Origin: an uncultured Puniceicoccaceae bacterium | Lineage (GTDB): Bacteria; Verrucomicrobiota; Verrucomicrobiia; Opitutales; Oceanipulchritudinaceae | Length of the DNA stretch: 64,000 nucleotides | Assembly (NCBI GenBank): GCA_963933835.1 | Contig: CAWVVV010000002.1 | Coordinates: 384,001-448,000 of the forward strand | Reading direction: 5' to 3' | Part shown: one piece after another, positions 33,525-43,607 of the stretch | Numbering within the stretch: the first letter of the stretch is position 1 | Layout: each line of letters begins with the position of its first letter | Translations under genes and position numbers: made by a program | The notes under the pieces: model-generated | What the model saw: the letters and a program-made list of their open reading frames with translations, nothing else | Told to the model about the DNA's origin: nothing | Database searches by the model: none

Positions 33525-36500
33525 CTAGTTGATAAGATGAGAGAGACGGTAGAGGCGCATGCTGACATCTCTCGGATGAGGCCAGGTCGCTGGGGGCCCC
33601 TGGTCGATCCAAATAAACTGCGAACCGAGTTTACGAATCTGACCCGGTTGAGCGGGTATCCACTCTCCGTCTTCGGTTAAATATTCGATCGCCAAATTGT
33701 TTGGGTCGACGAACGTCGTGCTGGCAAGGCCGATGTCGAGGTAGATACGGCGATCTGGTAACTCCTGAACACTGTGGATCAGTCCCGAGAAAATGGGGGA
33801 ATTTCTATCACCAAAGAAGTTGAGTGTATCGGTCGAGAGAAACACACGCACCGCGCCAGCTTGGTTGAGGCGTGAGAGATCGAGTGTGCCGGAGCCAGAA
33901 CTTGCAAACTCAAGGTTAAAGGCCATCTCATCGGAGGTGGGAATAAGAGAGCGGAAGGCGCTCCCGCTCTGGGCATCACCGACAGATGTATCTGGGTCGA
34001 CGTCAGGGAGTGCGAGCGGCACGAAGAGTTCGTCTTGAAAGCCTATGGTATCTGCGTTTCCCAGCTCAAATCTGAGTTGATCGATGGGCCGATCGACGCC
34101 TTCGAGGAGAACAATAGGGGTCATCGAAGAGGGGAAACGGAGGGCAAATGGGCGCTGTGCTTCGTAGTAGAACGGGCTTACGCGATTAGGCTCGAAGGCG
34201 ATATCGATGAAGCCGTTTGGAACACCTGTGGATTGGAGTTTAGTGGCGAGAGCGTCACTGTTATCCGGGTCGGCTTCGTCCCACTGGAATGAGCGATAGG
34301 CCGTCTTGTAGGCTCTGTATCCAGCGAGATAAGTGTCTTCTGCGGACTCGCTGTTTTGCACCGGCTGGTTAAGCTGGTTCAAAGCGCTGGCTAAGGAAGC
34401 GGGAGGGGTGAAATCGATCATCGCCTCATGCCATCCAGTGAGGGAATTGTACGTCGCGGCACTAGGAGTTAATTGGTTAGCCGGGTAGGCATCGGTAAGC
34501 TCGATGTCCGGAAGCTCACGAATGACGATTTCGTATTCAGCAAAGGCTTGATCGATGTTTGGACTGTTCTCGTCCGTCTTCGTAATTCGAATACGGATCG
34601 TCTCTTCATAGGGTTCGAAGTTATTCTCCGAGCCTTCTATGCCACTGTAGTTGCCTTCAACATAGTTTGCAAATTCGTCATAGGGAATGGGGTCCTCTTC
34701 GTCGTTGTTCAAGATGACCGTCAGGGTGTTCCCATCGAAGTCAAAAGTGCCATCGCTAGTGAAAAAGCCTGCAGTCACATCAACAGAAGTTCCAACGCTG
34801 TTGAGCGCTTGGTTTCCTATGATAACCTGAGCATCCCAGCCCTCTTGTTCGGCCGTGGTCTTGGTGAAATCAAAGAGGGTAGCTGGAGCATCTCCTTGAT
34901 TTGTGAAAACCTCTACGGTGTAGGAGAGACTCTCATCGGTGAAATTCGTCAGGTAGATGGGAACTTGGATAATAGCTCCAATAGATTCACTGACGACAGA
35001 CCGTGAGGCCCTCATCAGCACTTCATCTGTTTCGATTGCACTATTCAAAGTAGAGGTGAAGCGCCCAAAGCCAATCTCGAGCGGAATTTCAGGGAAGTCG
35101 ATTTGGTAACTAGATTGAAGGTCAGTTCCTGTCGTTAAATCCAAATACACTTTGCTTTGACTGTCCTGTCCGGCGTTTTCGACGTAAAAGGGTAAAGCGT
35201 CAGTGCTGTCTCCGATCGATACTGTCAGATCTTTAGCAACATCGCCGTCAGCTTGCGAAGTGATCGTGAGCGTCGCGAGGGTCGCGCCACTCGGAATAAA
35301 TGCGAAGAAATCTGGGAGGTCATTCACATCATCCTCATCCTCAGGCATAAAAACGTCGTTTGTGTATTCGCCCGAGATCAAGTTGCCGTCCTCGTCAATG
35401 ACAGCAGCGCCGGCACTGCCAGAGAAACTCAGGGGTATGAAGATATCCTCTGGGAAGGTCGCTGTGAGGCTAATGAGTAGTGTTATTGACTCGGTGCGGC
35501 GGAGGCTAGCCCCGGCCTTCTCGTTTGCATCAAAAATCGAGACGTTGATGGCGAGGGTAGGATCTATGCTACTGCTTTCAGATTCAACGATGAAGGCCTC
35601 GATGGGCTGGCTATCGACGGTAAATGTTCGTCCGTCGTTGGGGCTGTCAGGATTGTTAATACTGAGTCTATCGAGCTGAACGAAAAAGTTTTCTTCGCCC
35701 TCATCATCCAGATCGAATGCGGGGGTTAAGCTGATCGTCGTAAAAGTGCTCCCTGCGCTTATAGTCGTTCTTCCAACTCCGGTATAGACAGTGTTGCTGG
35801 AGTCATTTGGATCGTAATTGACTTCGTTCCCTACGGTATCGGCGACAAAGTCTTCGGGGCTCGCTGCGTTATTGCCAGCGAAGCTCAAAGAATAAATGAG
35901 CTCTGTATCTTCAGGGATCGCAGTCCTCAGGCGTAGGTTAATTGAAAAGAAGCCATCCTCATCGGCTTCGTAGCGTCGGTTTCTCTCGAAGAGAATATGT
36001 TCAGGGAATTCACCCGTTGGCGTATCGTCATCTTGGATGATGAGCGTATGGGTTAACTTGTCGCCCAATGCGCTGCCTTCAAACGCACTTTGGTCGATGT
36101 CGAAAATGATTGTTTCAAGTGCCTGTTCAGTGGCTTCGCCGTCTTTGAGGGTGTCGTTGTTAATCGTCACGCTGAATGTGCGTGAAATTTCTCCAAACGA
36201 GAAGGTCATCGAGCCTGTCAGTGTCTCGGGGTCGAAAAGGTATCCGTTCAGGTCGTTTTCCGACGTGTCTTCGGCGACGAAGTAATCCCCGTCTTCTCGT
36301 GCACCCGTTTCGATCGATTGTTGATAAATCGCGGTTGAGGCCGGGTTAATTGAGAACGGAATCGTCACATCAGCGAAGAAGCGATTGCTCAGGGTCATCT
36401 CCACCGTGACGACCGTCGATGAAGCACCCTCTGGGAAGATTTGCTCAAACTCAGCAAACGAAACCGTGACGGTAGCTGGATTATCGGGCGTCTGTGCGAA

Positions 36501-36566
36501 GGCTAGACTGAAGGCACAGAGTGACCCGATGCAGGTTGAGTAGCGTGAGAAGCTTGGGCGTCTCAT
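33525..36566 (-). CDS. Large acidic exported surface protein with Calx-beta/Ig-like repeats and a WIDxGPP C-terminal domain
   Basis: Signal peptide ending AFA; Calx-beta-like segments (VTINND...ETI, HTLIIQDDD, DLDDEGEENFFVQL); C-terminal WIDQGPPATWPHP...RLYR. Confidence 0.75.
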   Translation of the reverse strand: MRRPSFSRYSTCIGSLCAFSLAFAQTPDNPATVTVSFAEFEQIFPEGASSTVVTVEMTLSNRFFADVTIPFSINPASTAIYQQSIETGAREDGDYFVAEDTSENDLNGYLFDPETLTGSMTFSFGEISRTFSVTINNDTLKDGEATEQALETIIFDIDQSAFEGSALGDKLTHTLIIQDDDTPTGEFPEHILFERNRRYEADEDGFFSINLRLRTAIPEDTELIYSLSFAGNNAASPEDFVADTVGNEVNYDPNDSSNTVYTGVGRTTISAGSTFTTISLTPAFDLDDEGEENFFVQLDRLSINNPDSPNDGRTFTVDSQPIEAFIVESESSSIDPTLAINVSIFDANEKAGASLRRTESITLLISLTATFPEDIFIPLSFSGSAGAAVIDEDGNLISGEYTNDVFMPEDEDDVNDLPDFFAFIPSGATLATLTITSQADGDVAKDLTVSIGDSTDALPFYVENAGQDSQSKVYLDLTTGTDLQSSYQIDFPEIPLEIGFGRFTSTLNSAIETDEVLMRASRSVVSESIGAIIQVPIYLTNFTDESLSYTVEVFTNQGDAPATLFDFTKTTAEQEGWDAQVIIGNQALNSVGTSVDVTAGFFTSDGTFDFDGNTLTVILNNDEEDPIPYDEFANYVEGNYSGIEGSENNFEPYEETIRIRITKTDENSPNIDQAFAEYEIVIRELPDIELTDAYPANQLTPSAATYNSLTGWHEAMIDFTPPASLASALNQLNQPVQNSESAEDTYLAGYRAYKTAYRSFQWDEADPDNSDALATKLQSTGVPNGFIDIAFEPNRVSPFYYEAQRPFALRFPSSMTPIVLLEGVDRPIDQLRFELGNADTIGFQDELFVPLALPDVDPDTSVGDAQSGSAFRSLIPTSDEMAFNLEFASSGSGTLDLSRLNQAGAVRVFLSTDTLNFFGDRNSPIFSGLIHSVQELPDRRIYLDIGLASTTFVDPNNLAIEYLTEDGEWIPAQPGQIRKLGSQFIWIDQGPPATWPHPRDVSMRLYRLSHLIN

Positions 36567-36572
36567 AATTAT

Positions 36573-37898
36573 CTAAAAATTGAGGGTTTCTTCAGCGTTT
36601 GTGCTGAGATTGAAGAAAGTGCTTTGGCCGACTGCCGATGATTTAAGCTCAAGCCAGACAGGATCGCTTGAGCGATAAATCCACGGCTGAACATCTTGAC
36701 TGGTCCAGACCCAACCAAAGTCATTCGTGTTGCCTGCCGGAGTGTTGATATAAAACCAAAAGTTGTCTGGATCGAAGGTCCCGCCAGTCGTTGGATCAAA
36801 GACCCATCCTAGCGTCAGGCTGTAGTCCCAATCGCCATCCGACTCAGAAGACCAAAACCAAGCATCGAAGAAGGGCGAGTAGAACCAGCTTGAGAAGCCA
36901 TGTTGCTCTGAGGCGTGATTGGGCTTCGCGAGGGCATTGGGATTTGCAAAGCCAGTTAGATCAACAAAGTCCGGTATCCCATCCCCGTCAAAGTCGCTGT
37001 CATCTATCAGCTCAAGGATGTAGTAACTATATTGAAAGCTCTCAGCTTTTATGGTGGCTGACCCCGGGAGTGTAGACAGAGCCTCGTCACTTGGCAGACT
37101 ATTGAGTTGCAGCGCCCCTCGGAAGGTAAAATAGGGGTCTGTTCCTGTCAGATTATCGTCCAATCTCAGGTTGCTAGATATAAAATTCCACTGCTCAGTA
37201 CTGCTGCTAGAGATCGCAAAATCTAGATTTTCAATTGAGGCGAGCGCATCAGAATGGCTCAGGCCCGCAAACGAGTTAAAAGTGAATGTCGGGTCGTAAT
37301 TCGCGCCGGAGCCAATAAACTGCACGACCCGACCGGTTGCTTGAATGTTCCACGACATCGTTCCGTTCAGGCCGTCAAAGTAGCCTGGTGAGGAGGTTGC
37401 TCCGAGGGTTGAAGGGTTTGCGTTTGTCCGGACAAATCCAGCGATACCTGGCCCGAAGGAGCTAACGGTGCCATTGGTGCCCTCAATGGGGAGCTGCATC
37501 GCGAGAAAACCATTCTCCGTTATTTCATTGAGATTTCCCGCTCCATCGAAGTTTAGGCCGAGGTATTCCGAGATGAGGGTAAAGACGGGCACACTGTCTT
37601 CGACTCCTGTATCGGCAGGCTGCACATGCACATTAAAATCTCTTAGGAAAAGGATGGAAGGACTCGTTCCCTTCGATCCGATCTCAAAGAGATAGAGTTT
37701 GCTGGCGAAATCTGAGTACGGCGTGGGGACGGGTGTTAGCTCATCGAATGATTCGATCGAAAAGTTCACATTCCCCGACTGGGCGCTCATTGAAGTGGCG
37801 AGCGTAACGGCGGCGAGTGCACACAAATTTCTTCGTTTCGCAGCCCATGGGCGTTGATCAGAATGGCGTGCGGTGGGCACTGGTAAAAGATGTCTCAT
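36573..37898 (-). CDS. Exported Ser/Thr/Gly-rich protein with Ca-binding DxDGDG motif and Trp-rich C-terminal domain
   Basis: Signal peptide ending MSA; DFDGDGIPDFVD; C-terminal WFYSPFF...LGWV...FGWVWTSQDVQPWIY. Confidence 0.7.
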   Translation of the reverse strand: MRHLLPVPTARHSDQRPWAAKRRNLCALAAVTLATSMSAQSGNVNFSIESFDELTPVPTPYSDFASKLYLFEIGSKGTSPSILFLRDFNVHVQPADTGVEDSVPVFTLISEYLGLNFDGAGNLNEITENGFLAMQLPIEGTNGTVSSFGPGIAGFVRTNANPSTLGATSSPGYFDGLNGTMSWNIQATGRVVQFIGSGANYDPTFTFNSFAGLSHSDALASIENLDFAISSSSTEQWNFISSNLRLDDNLTGTDPYFTFRGALQLNSLPSDEALSTLPGSATIKAESFQYSYYILELIDDSDFDGDGIPDFVDLTGFANPNALAKPNHASEQHGFSSWFYSPFFDAWFWSSESDGDWDYSLTLGWVFDPTTGGTFDPDNFWFYINTPAGNTNDFGWVWTSQDVQPWIYRSSDPVWLELKSSAVGQSTFFNLSTNAEETLNF

Positions 37899-37936
37899 GA
37901 GAAAATAGAGGTCGGGCGGAGCCTGATGAATGCCCA

Positions 37937-39247
37937 CTAAGTCTGCCCGTTATGGGTGCTGCAAGCATGAAGGCGGGTTTCAAGTTGTCTCAGTATCCGA
38001 CCGACCGCTCCGCGGTGGCGTTCAAAGACCGCGCGGGCATTTTGACCTCGCTCCAATCGCTCAGCCTCATGCCTCACCAGAGTATTCAATACCTCCGGCA
38101 AGTCTTCGGCGGTAACCTCGATGGCAGCGTCGGATTGGAGGAGCTCATTGGCGAGCGCTTGGAAGTTTGACATCCCGGAGCCGAAGAGCAGCGGCTTGGA
38201 AAATGCAGCCCCTTCGATCGGGGTTTGCCCGTCGCCGTGCGGTGGTAGGGATTTGCCGATGAATGCGATGTCCGCGAGTTGAATAAAGGAGCGCAGTTCG
38301 CCGGTTGTGTCAGCGACATAGCACACCACGTCTTGGGCGGAAGTTGCCCCTTCACTGCGAAGGTGAAACGGAACCTTCGCAGCCTTGAGCTCCCGAGTAA
38401 TTTCAGCTCTGCGCTCGGCATGGCGGGGAACGAGGAGCAAGCGGACAGGAAGGCCTGCCTCGCGCAAATGCTTCGTTGCTTCGACAAGGGCCGATTCCTC
38501 GCCGGGCCACGTCGAGGCGCCGACGATGATGAGATCTTCGGTCGTAAAACCAATCTCGCTAAGGAGGCTTGCTAGTGCATCCGCTTCAAGGGTGCTGCTG
38601 CTGGGATCAAAATCAAATTTCAGGTTTCCAACTGTTTCGATCGGGCAGTCGAGCTTAAGCAGTTCGAAGTTTTTCGCGTCGCGTTCTCCTGCCGCGAGAA
38701 TCTGGCTGATTGGACGAAGGAGCGTTTTTGAAAAGGCGCCCATCTTTGCGTAGCGGCGAGCAGAGCGCTGCGACATCCGGGCGTTGATCAGGACAACCGG
38801 CGCTTTGCGCTTCGCCGCTTGTTGTAGGTGTTCTGGCCATAGCTCGCTCTCCATTAGGATCACGAGATCGGGCTGAATTCGTTTCCACGCGCGGCCGGAG
38901 AAGAGGACAAAATCGAGAGGGAAAATACCCTGCCAACGGGTGCAATCAGCGTAGCGTTCCTCGATCAATTTCCGTCCAGTGCTCGTCGTTGTGGTGAGGA
39001 AAACTTCGACGCCATCGTCTGCATCAAGCGCTCTGAGCAGAGGGGCAAGCGCGAGGGCCTCGCCGACACTCACCGATTGAATCCAGATGCGTTTGACACC
39101 TGAGCGACGCGGAGGAATGTTTCCGAGCTTTCCCCAGCGGTGAGCTACATCCTTTGAATATCCCCCTCGACGCCACATCCGCCAGCCGTAGTAGGGCAGG
39201 GCAATGAGTAGAGCGGGTAGGTAAGCAAGCCGATATAGCCAAATCAT
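37937..39247 (-). CDS. waaA: 3-deoxy-D-manno-octulosonic-acid (Kdo) transferase
   Basis: SVSVGE, TTTTSTG, ESELWP, INARMS, GNLKFD, VPRHAER, DTTGEL. Confidence 0.94.
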   Translation of the reverse strand: MIWLYRLAYLPALLIALPYYGWRMWRRGGYSKDVAHRWGKLGNIPPRRSGVKRIWIQSVSVGEALALAPLLRALDADDGVEVFLTTTTSTGRKLIEERYADCTRWQGIFPLDFVLFSGRAWKRIQPDLVILMESELWPEHLQQAAKRKAPVVLINARMSQRSARRYAKMGAFSKTLLRPISQILAAGERDAKNFELLKLDCPIETVGNLKFDFDPSSSTLEADALASLLSEIGFTTEDLIIVGASTWPGEESALVEATKHLREAGLPVRLLLVPRHAERRAEITRELKAAKVPFHLRSEGATSAQDVVCYVADTTGELRSFIQLADIAFIGKSLPPHGDGQTPIEGAAFSKPLLFGSGMSNFQALANELLQSDAAIEVTAEDLPEVLNTLVRHEAERLERGQNARAVFERHRGAVGRILRQLETRLHACSTHNGQT

Positions 39248-39295
39248 ACGTTGGGGTTCGAACGACGAAACGGTTATTCAAGTCCAGTGCTTATA

Positions 39296-42133
39296 ATGAA
39301 CAAGCGTAAAGCCTCCCTACTTACCCTTTCGCTTCTAGGAGCGATCTCATTCCTCGCGGCTGATGGGCCACGGCCCTATGCCCATGAGTCGAGCGACCTG
39401 CCGGTTGATCCGGCGGTCACCTTTGGGGCGCTTGAGAACGGCCTCCGCTATGCTATTTTGCCGAATAAGGAGCCGCCGGGCCGCGTCAGCCTGCGTTTGC
39501 TCGTGGAAGCAGGGCGCCTCGAAGAGCGAGAGGATCAGATCGGGGCGGCCCACCTTCTCGAGCACCTCATGTTCAACGGCTCCGAGCATTTCCCCCCAGG
39601 AGAGCTAGTGAAGCTCTTTCAACGCCTCGGTATGGGTTTTGGCGCGGATACGAACGCCTACACCGGCTTCGACGAAACCGTCTACATGTTCGAACTTCCG
39701 GACACGAATGACGAGACCCTTGAACAGTCCTTTCTTGCCCTCCGCGACTACGCGGACCGTGCCTTCCTACTAGTAGAAGAGGTCGAGCGTGAGCGTGGCA
39801 TCGTCTTGAGTGAGCGACGTGATCGCAACACCGCGGGGCGCCGCTCTGCTGAGGATGCTATTCGCTTCATGATGCCCTACGCGACGGCTGCAGACCGTGT
39901 GACCGCTTCCGAAGGAGATACGCTAGCCCTCACCGTTCAGGATCTGCGGGATTTCTACGAAGACTGGTATTCTGCGGAGAAGATGGCGGTGATCGTTGTT
40001 GGTGACATCGCGCCGCCTCGCGCGGCGGCGTTGATCCAAAAGCATTTCGACGATGTGCGGGCGAACGAAGTGCCGGCTCCTCCTGTGGCGCGTGGTATCG
40101 TGACTGACCGTGAAGAGGCTTACGACGTCTTCGTCGATGCCGAGTTGGCGAGCACAGAGATCGATCTCAACACCATCCGCCCTCGGGATAAGCCGCTGGA
40201 TACTGCGGAGCTACGCGCACACGACGTGGCGATTGATGCCGCCAACGCGATGTTGAACCTACGCTTGGCTGAGCTGGCGCAGTCCGAGAACCCTCCCTTT
40301 CTTTCTGCTACGGGCTATTCCTACCGCTACCTTGGGCTGATTGAGTCTACTGGGGTGTCGGCTAAGGTGTCTGATAGTGAGCAATGGGAGCGAGCCCTCG
40401 CTACGATTCAGTATGAGCTGCGGCGAGCCCTCGAGTTCGGATTCAATGAGAGCGAACTGGAACTTTACGTCGCGAATCAGCTCACTGGGCTGAAGCGGGC
40501 GGTGGCCCAAGCAGAAAGCAGGGAATCTAGTGCCCTTGCTCAGGGACTTGTCGATGCTATCAGCGGTGACACCGTGATGATGAATCCCGCGCAGGAGCTT
40601 GCCTTTTACGGACCACTCTTCGAGAGCCTGACGACGGAAGTAGCTCAAGCAGTTTTGAGTGATCTATGGGCAGGCCCCTCTCGCCTCCTGCGTATCCAGA
40701 CACCTGAGCCGATCGAGAATCTCTACGTCGATATGCGTCTCGCATTTCGGGCAAACGAATCGGTCGAAGTCGAACCCCTCGCAGAAGTCGAAGCAGCCGA
40801 TTTTGGGTATACAGACTTTGGCGAAGCTGGCACGATTGTTGAGCGCAACGCCATCGCAGGCCTCGACGCCGAGCAGATCATTTTCGCCAACAACGTCGTG
40901 CTCAGCCTCAAGAAAACAGATTTTGAAAAGGGGCGTGTGCGCATTGGGGTACGTTTAGGAGAGGGTATCGTATCGATGGACTCCGCTTTGGAGGGCCTTG
41001 AAACGTATAGTCAGATCGCATTTCTATCTGGTGGCTTGGAAAAACACAGCGTCATCGAGCTCGAGAAAATTTTCGCGGGCAGCTCAGTCGGTATCAGCTA
41101 TGCGCCCGAGGAAGATGCGCTGACCCTTAGCGGTGTCACGACTCCAGAAGATCTTCTTCTCCAGCTCCAGTATTTGGCCGCCTATGTGACTGCGCCGGGT
41201 TACCGTCCCGAGGCCGCACGCCGCGCCCAGCAATCGATCCCGCAGCTCTACCGACAGCTCACACAAACGCTCGACGGCGTCTTTGCGCGTGAGGTGCCTC
41301 GCTATCTCGCAGGGGGTGATCCGCGTTTTGGCTACGCTAGTGAAGAGGCCATTCTCTCACACGACCTTGAGGGTCTTGCAGCGTGGCTAGGGCCTCAGCT
41401 TGCGAACTCAAAACTCGAAGTCGCCGTCGTTGGGGACATCGATCCCCAAGCAGTCATTGAGGCTGTCGCGAACACTTTTGGAGCCTTGCCCGAGCGACCA
41501 ATGGTGAAGGAGATCACCGCCGATCGGCAATTGACGATGCCCGAAGCGGGTTCGCTTGGAGAATTTACCTTTGCTACGGACAACCCAAAAGCCCGCCTCT
41601 TCGTCACCTGGCCGACGGCTGATCGTTCAGATATATTTCTGACCCGACGTCTCTCTGTCATGGCGGGACTCGTGTCTGAGCGCCTCCGCGAGCGCGTTCG
41701 CGAGGAAATCGGCGAAGCCTATAGCCCCTATGCATACAATCGCTCCAATGATGCGTATCCGGGATTTGGCTACACCGCTGCGGTTATGGATATCACTGCG
41801 GACCGAATTGAGCCGCTCAGCGAATTGCTCTTCGAAATCGGATCAGACCTCGTGAACAACGAGATTGAGCAGGATGAGTTTGAACGCGTCTTGCGCCCCC
41901 GCATCACCTCGCTCGAGGAGCAGGCCCGCGAAAATCCTTATTGGCTCTACACCGTTTTGCTTGGCTCGCACGAAAAGCCAGAGCGACTCGAATGGGCGCG
42001 CACCTTGTTCACTGACTACCCGAGTATTACGCGGGAAGAAATCGCCGAGCTGGCAAAAGCCTATCTCAATCCGGAATCAGCCTTCCGTGTCTCCGTCGTC
42101 GGATTACTAAGGAGCGAGGAAGAGGACCAATAG
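39296..42133 (+). CDS. Exported M16 zinc peptidase (PqqL-like)
   Basis: Signal peptide; LENGLRY; inverted zinc motif HLLEH; NAYT.FDETVY; LRERVRE..G..YS. Confidence 0.92.
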   Translation: MNKRKASLLTLSLLGAISFLAADGPRPYAHESSDLPVDPAVTFGALENGLRYAILPNKEPPGRVSLRLLVEAGRLEEREDQIGAAHLLEHLMFNGSEHFPPGELVKLFQRLGMGFGADTNAYTGFDETVYMFELPDTNDETLEQSFLALRDYADRAFLLVEEVERERGIVLSERRDRNTAGRRSAEDAIRFMMPYATAADRVTASEGDTLALTVQDLRDFYEDWYSAEKMAVIVVGDIAPPRAAALIQKHFDDVRANEVPAPPVARGIVTDREEAYDVFVDAELASTEIDLNTIRPRDKPLDTAELRAHDVAIDAANAMLNLRLAELAQSENPPFLSATGYSYRYLGLIESTGVSAKVSDSEQWERALATIQYELRRALEFGFNESELELYVANQLTGLKRAVAQAESRESSALAQGLVDAISGDTVMMNPAQELAFYGPLFESLTTEVAQAVLSDLWAGPSRLLRIQTPEPIENLYVDMRLAFRANESVEVEPLAEVEAADFGYTDFGEAGTIVERNAIAGLDAEQIIFANNVVLSLKKTDFEKGRVRIGVRLGEGIVSMDSALEGLETYSQIAFLSGGLEKHSVIELEKIFAGSSVGISYAPEEDALTLSGVTTPEDLLLQLQYLAAYVTAPGYRPEAARRAQQSIPQLYRQLTQTLDGVFAREVPRYLAGGDPRFGYASEEAILSHDLEGLAAWLGPQLANSKLEVAVVGDIDPQAVIEAVANTFGALPERPMVKEITADRQLTMPEAGSLGEFTFATDNPKARLFVTWPTADRSDIFLTRRLSVMAGLVSERLRERVREEIGEAYSPYAYNRSNDAYPGFGYTAAVMDITADRIEPLSELLFEIGSDLVNNEIEQDEFERVLRPRITSLEEQARENPYWLYTVLLGSHEKPERLEWARTLFTDYPSITREEIAELAKAYLNPESAFRVSVVGLLRSEEEDQ

Positions 42134-42188
42134 CTTACGATTGTTTTCCGGGTTGTGCTTCGACCCGAGAGACATATCTCTAATTATT

Positions 42189-42986
42189 ATGGATCGAATC
42201 GTCACTGCCTTTCAGAGCGCCCGGGAAAAGGGCTCAGCCCTGCTCGTCTCGTATTTGTGCGCAGGAGATCCGGATTTAGAGACGTCCTACCAAGCGTGTT
42301 GTAAACTGATCGAGGCCGGAGTGGGGGTAATTGAGCTCGGCGTTCCATTTTCTGATCCACTTGCAGACGGCCAAACAAATCAGCTTGCTGCCGAGCGCGC
42401 CCTAAAATCCGGCATGACGCCTAGCGATGTTTTCACTCTTTCAAGGCGCCTGCGTGCGCACACCGAAGTGTCGATTGTATTGTATACTTACTACAATATT
42501 ACGATGGCACCTGGAATCGAAGCCTATGTCATTGAGGCTAAAGCAGCCGGTGTTGATGCGATCCTGACGCTCGACCTTCCACCGGAAGAGGCGGTTGAAT
42601 TCATCGAGATTTGTAAGAAGCACGGGATGGGAACGGTCTTTATCATCGCGCCGACAACCCCGGATGCGCGGATTAAGCTCATTACCGAAGCAGCGACTAG
42701 TTTTATATACTATGTATCTTACGAAGGAGTGACGGGCGTCCGTACGGAGCTCGCTACTGGCATTTCGGAAGCGGTTCAGCGCATTCGGGCGCACACAAAG
42801 CTGCCCGTTGTTGTCGGCTTCGGAATCAGCACAGCCGAGCAAGTTCGAACCGTCGCTGCTGATGCCGATGGCGTTGTTGTTGGGAGCGCCTTGGTGAATT
42901 GTATTCCGGCCAACCCTGACGATCCTTCCGCTGCCGTTGAAGCCATCGGCACAAAGGCTCGAGAGCTAGTCAGTGGTTTGAGCTAA
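42189..42986 (+). CDS. trpA: Tryptophan synthase alpha subunit
   Basis: ELGVPFSDPLADG, DLPPEE, APTT, GVTG, VGFGIS, DGVVVGSA. Confidence 0.96.
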   Translation: MDRIVTAFQSAREKGSALLVSYLCAGDPDLETSYQACCKLIEAGVGVIELGVPFSDPLADGQTNQLAAERALKSGMTPSDVFTLSRRLRAHTEVSIVLYTYYNITMAPGIEAYVIEAKAAGVDAILTLDLPPEEAVEFIEICKKHGMGTVFIIAPTTPDARIKLITEAATSFIYYVSYEGVTGVRTELATGISEAVQRIRAHTKLPVVVGFGISTAEQVRTVAADADGVVVGSALVNCIPANPDDPSAAVEAIGTKARELVSGLS

Positions 42987-43058
42987 ACAGATGTCCTTTA
43001 GCTGTTCGGTATGCATCCAATGCGTTACGCTGAGCACCCTATCCGTAACGCCCTGAAT

Positions 43059-43349
43059 TTACTCACTTTCACTACCCAATGTTCTGGGGTTCACATCGTA
43101 AAATTGAGTGAGATCGAGGTCGTTGTCCGCTAATTTTGATGAGGGAAATACATCCATAATAAGCTCACGGTGGGGTGAGTCTCGGCGAACATAAGCGATG
43201 AGGGCCCAGTCTCCCCACAGTTTATAAACAGCGCCGAATTCGCAATTATCTCGGATGTGGAGCATCTCCCGATAGAACATTTCACTGACCTTCTCACTAT
43301 CCCAGTATTTGAAGAGAATGGTTCCTCTCCCTCTAACACTGCCTTGCAC
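43059..43349 (-). CDS. Short hypothetical protein or 3' gene remnant
   Basis: 96-aa ORF with protein-like composition; frame stays open upstream to 43412 with no good start. Confidence 0.3.
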   Translation of the reverse strand: MQGSVRGRGTILFKYWDSEKVSEMFYREMLHIRDNCEFGAVYKLWGDWALIAYVRRDSPHRELIMDVFPSSKLADNDLDLTQFYDVNPRTLGSESE

Positions 43350-43607
43350 GCTGGCGGATTGAAATGCTGGATCGGTCGAATAGTCGCTCCTATCTTTAGT
43401 TAGCTGTGGGTATCAACTTCATTGATCTATTACGAACCCGTCTTTCGGAAAATATATGTGTTCGGGCGCGTCTCGGACTAGGCGATTTAGGCCCCTGAAT
43501 GGATGTGCCGCTGTTTTGGCGCGTTCCTTTTGCGCTAAAGTAGTGCGCGACAAGCTTCTCGCAAAATGCGCTAGGGATGTTTCTCTCTTCTACTATAGCG
43601 CTAAAGC

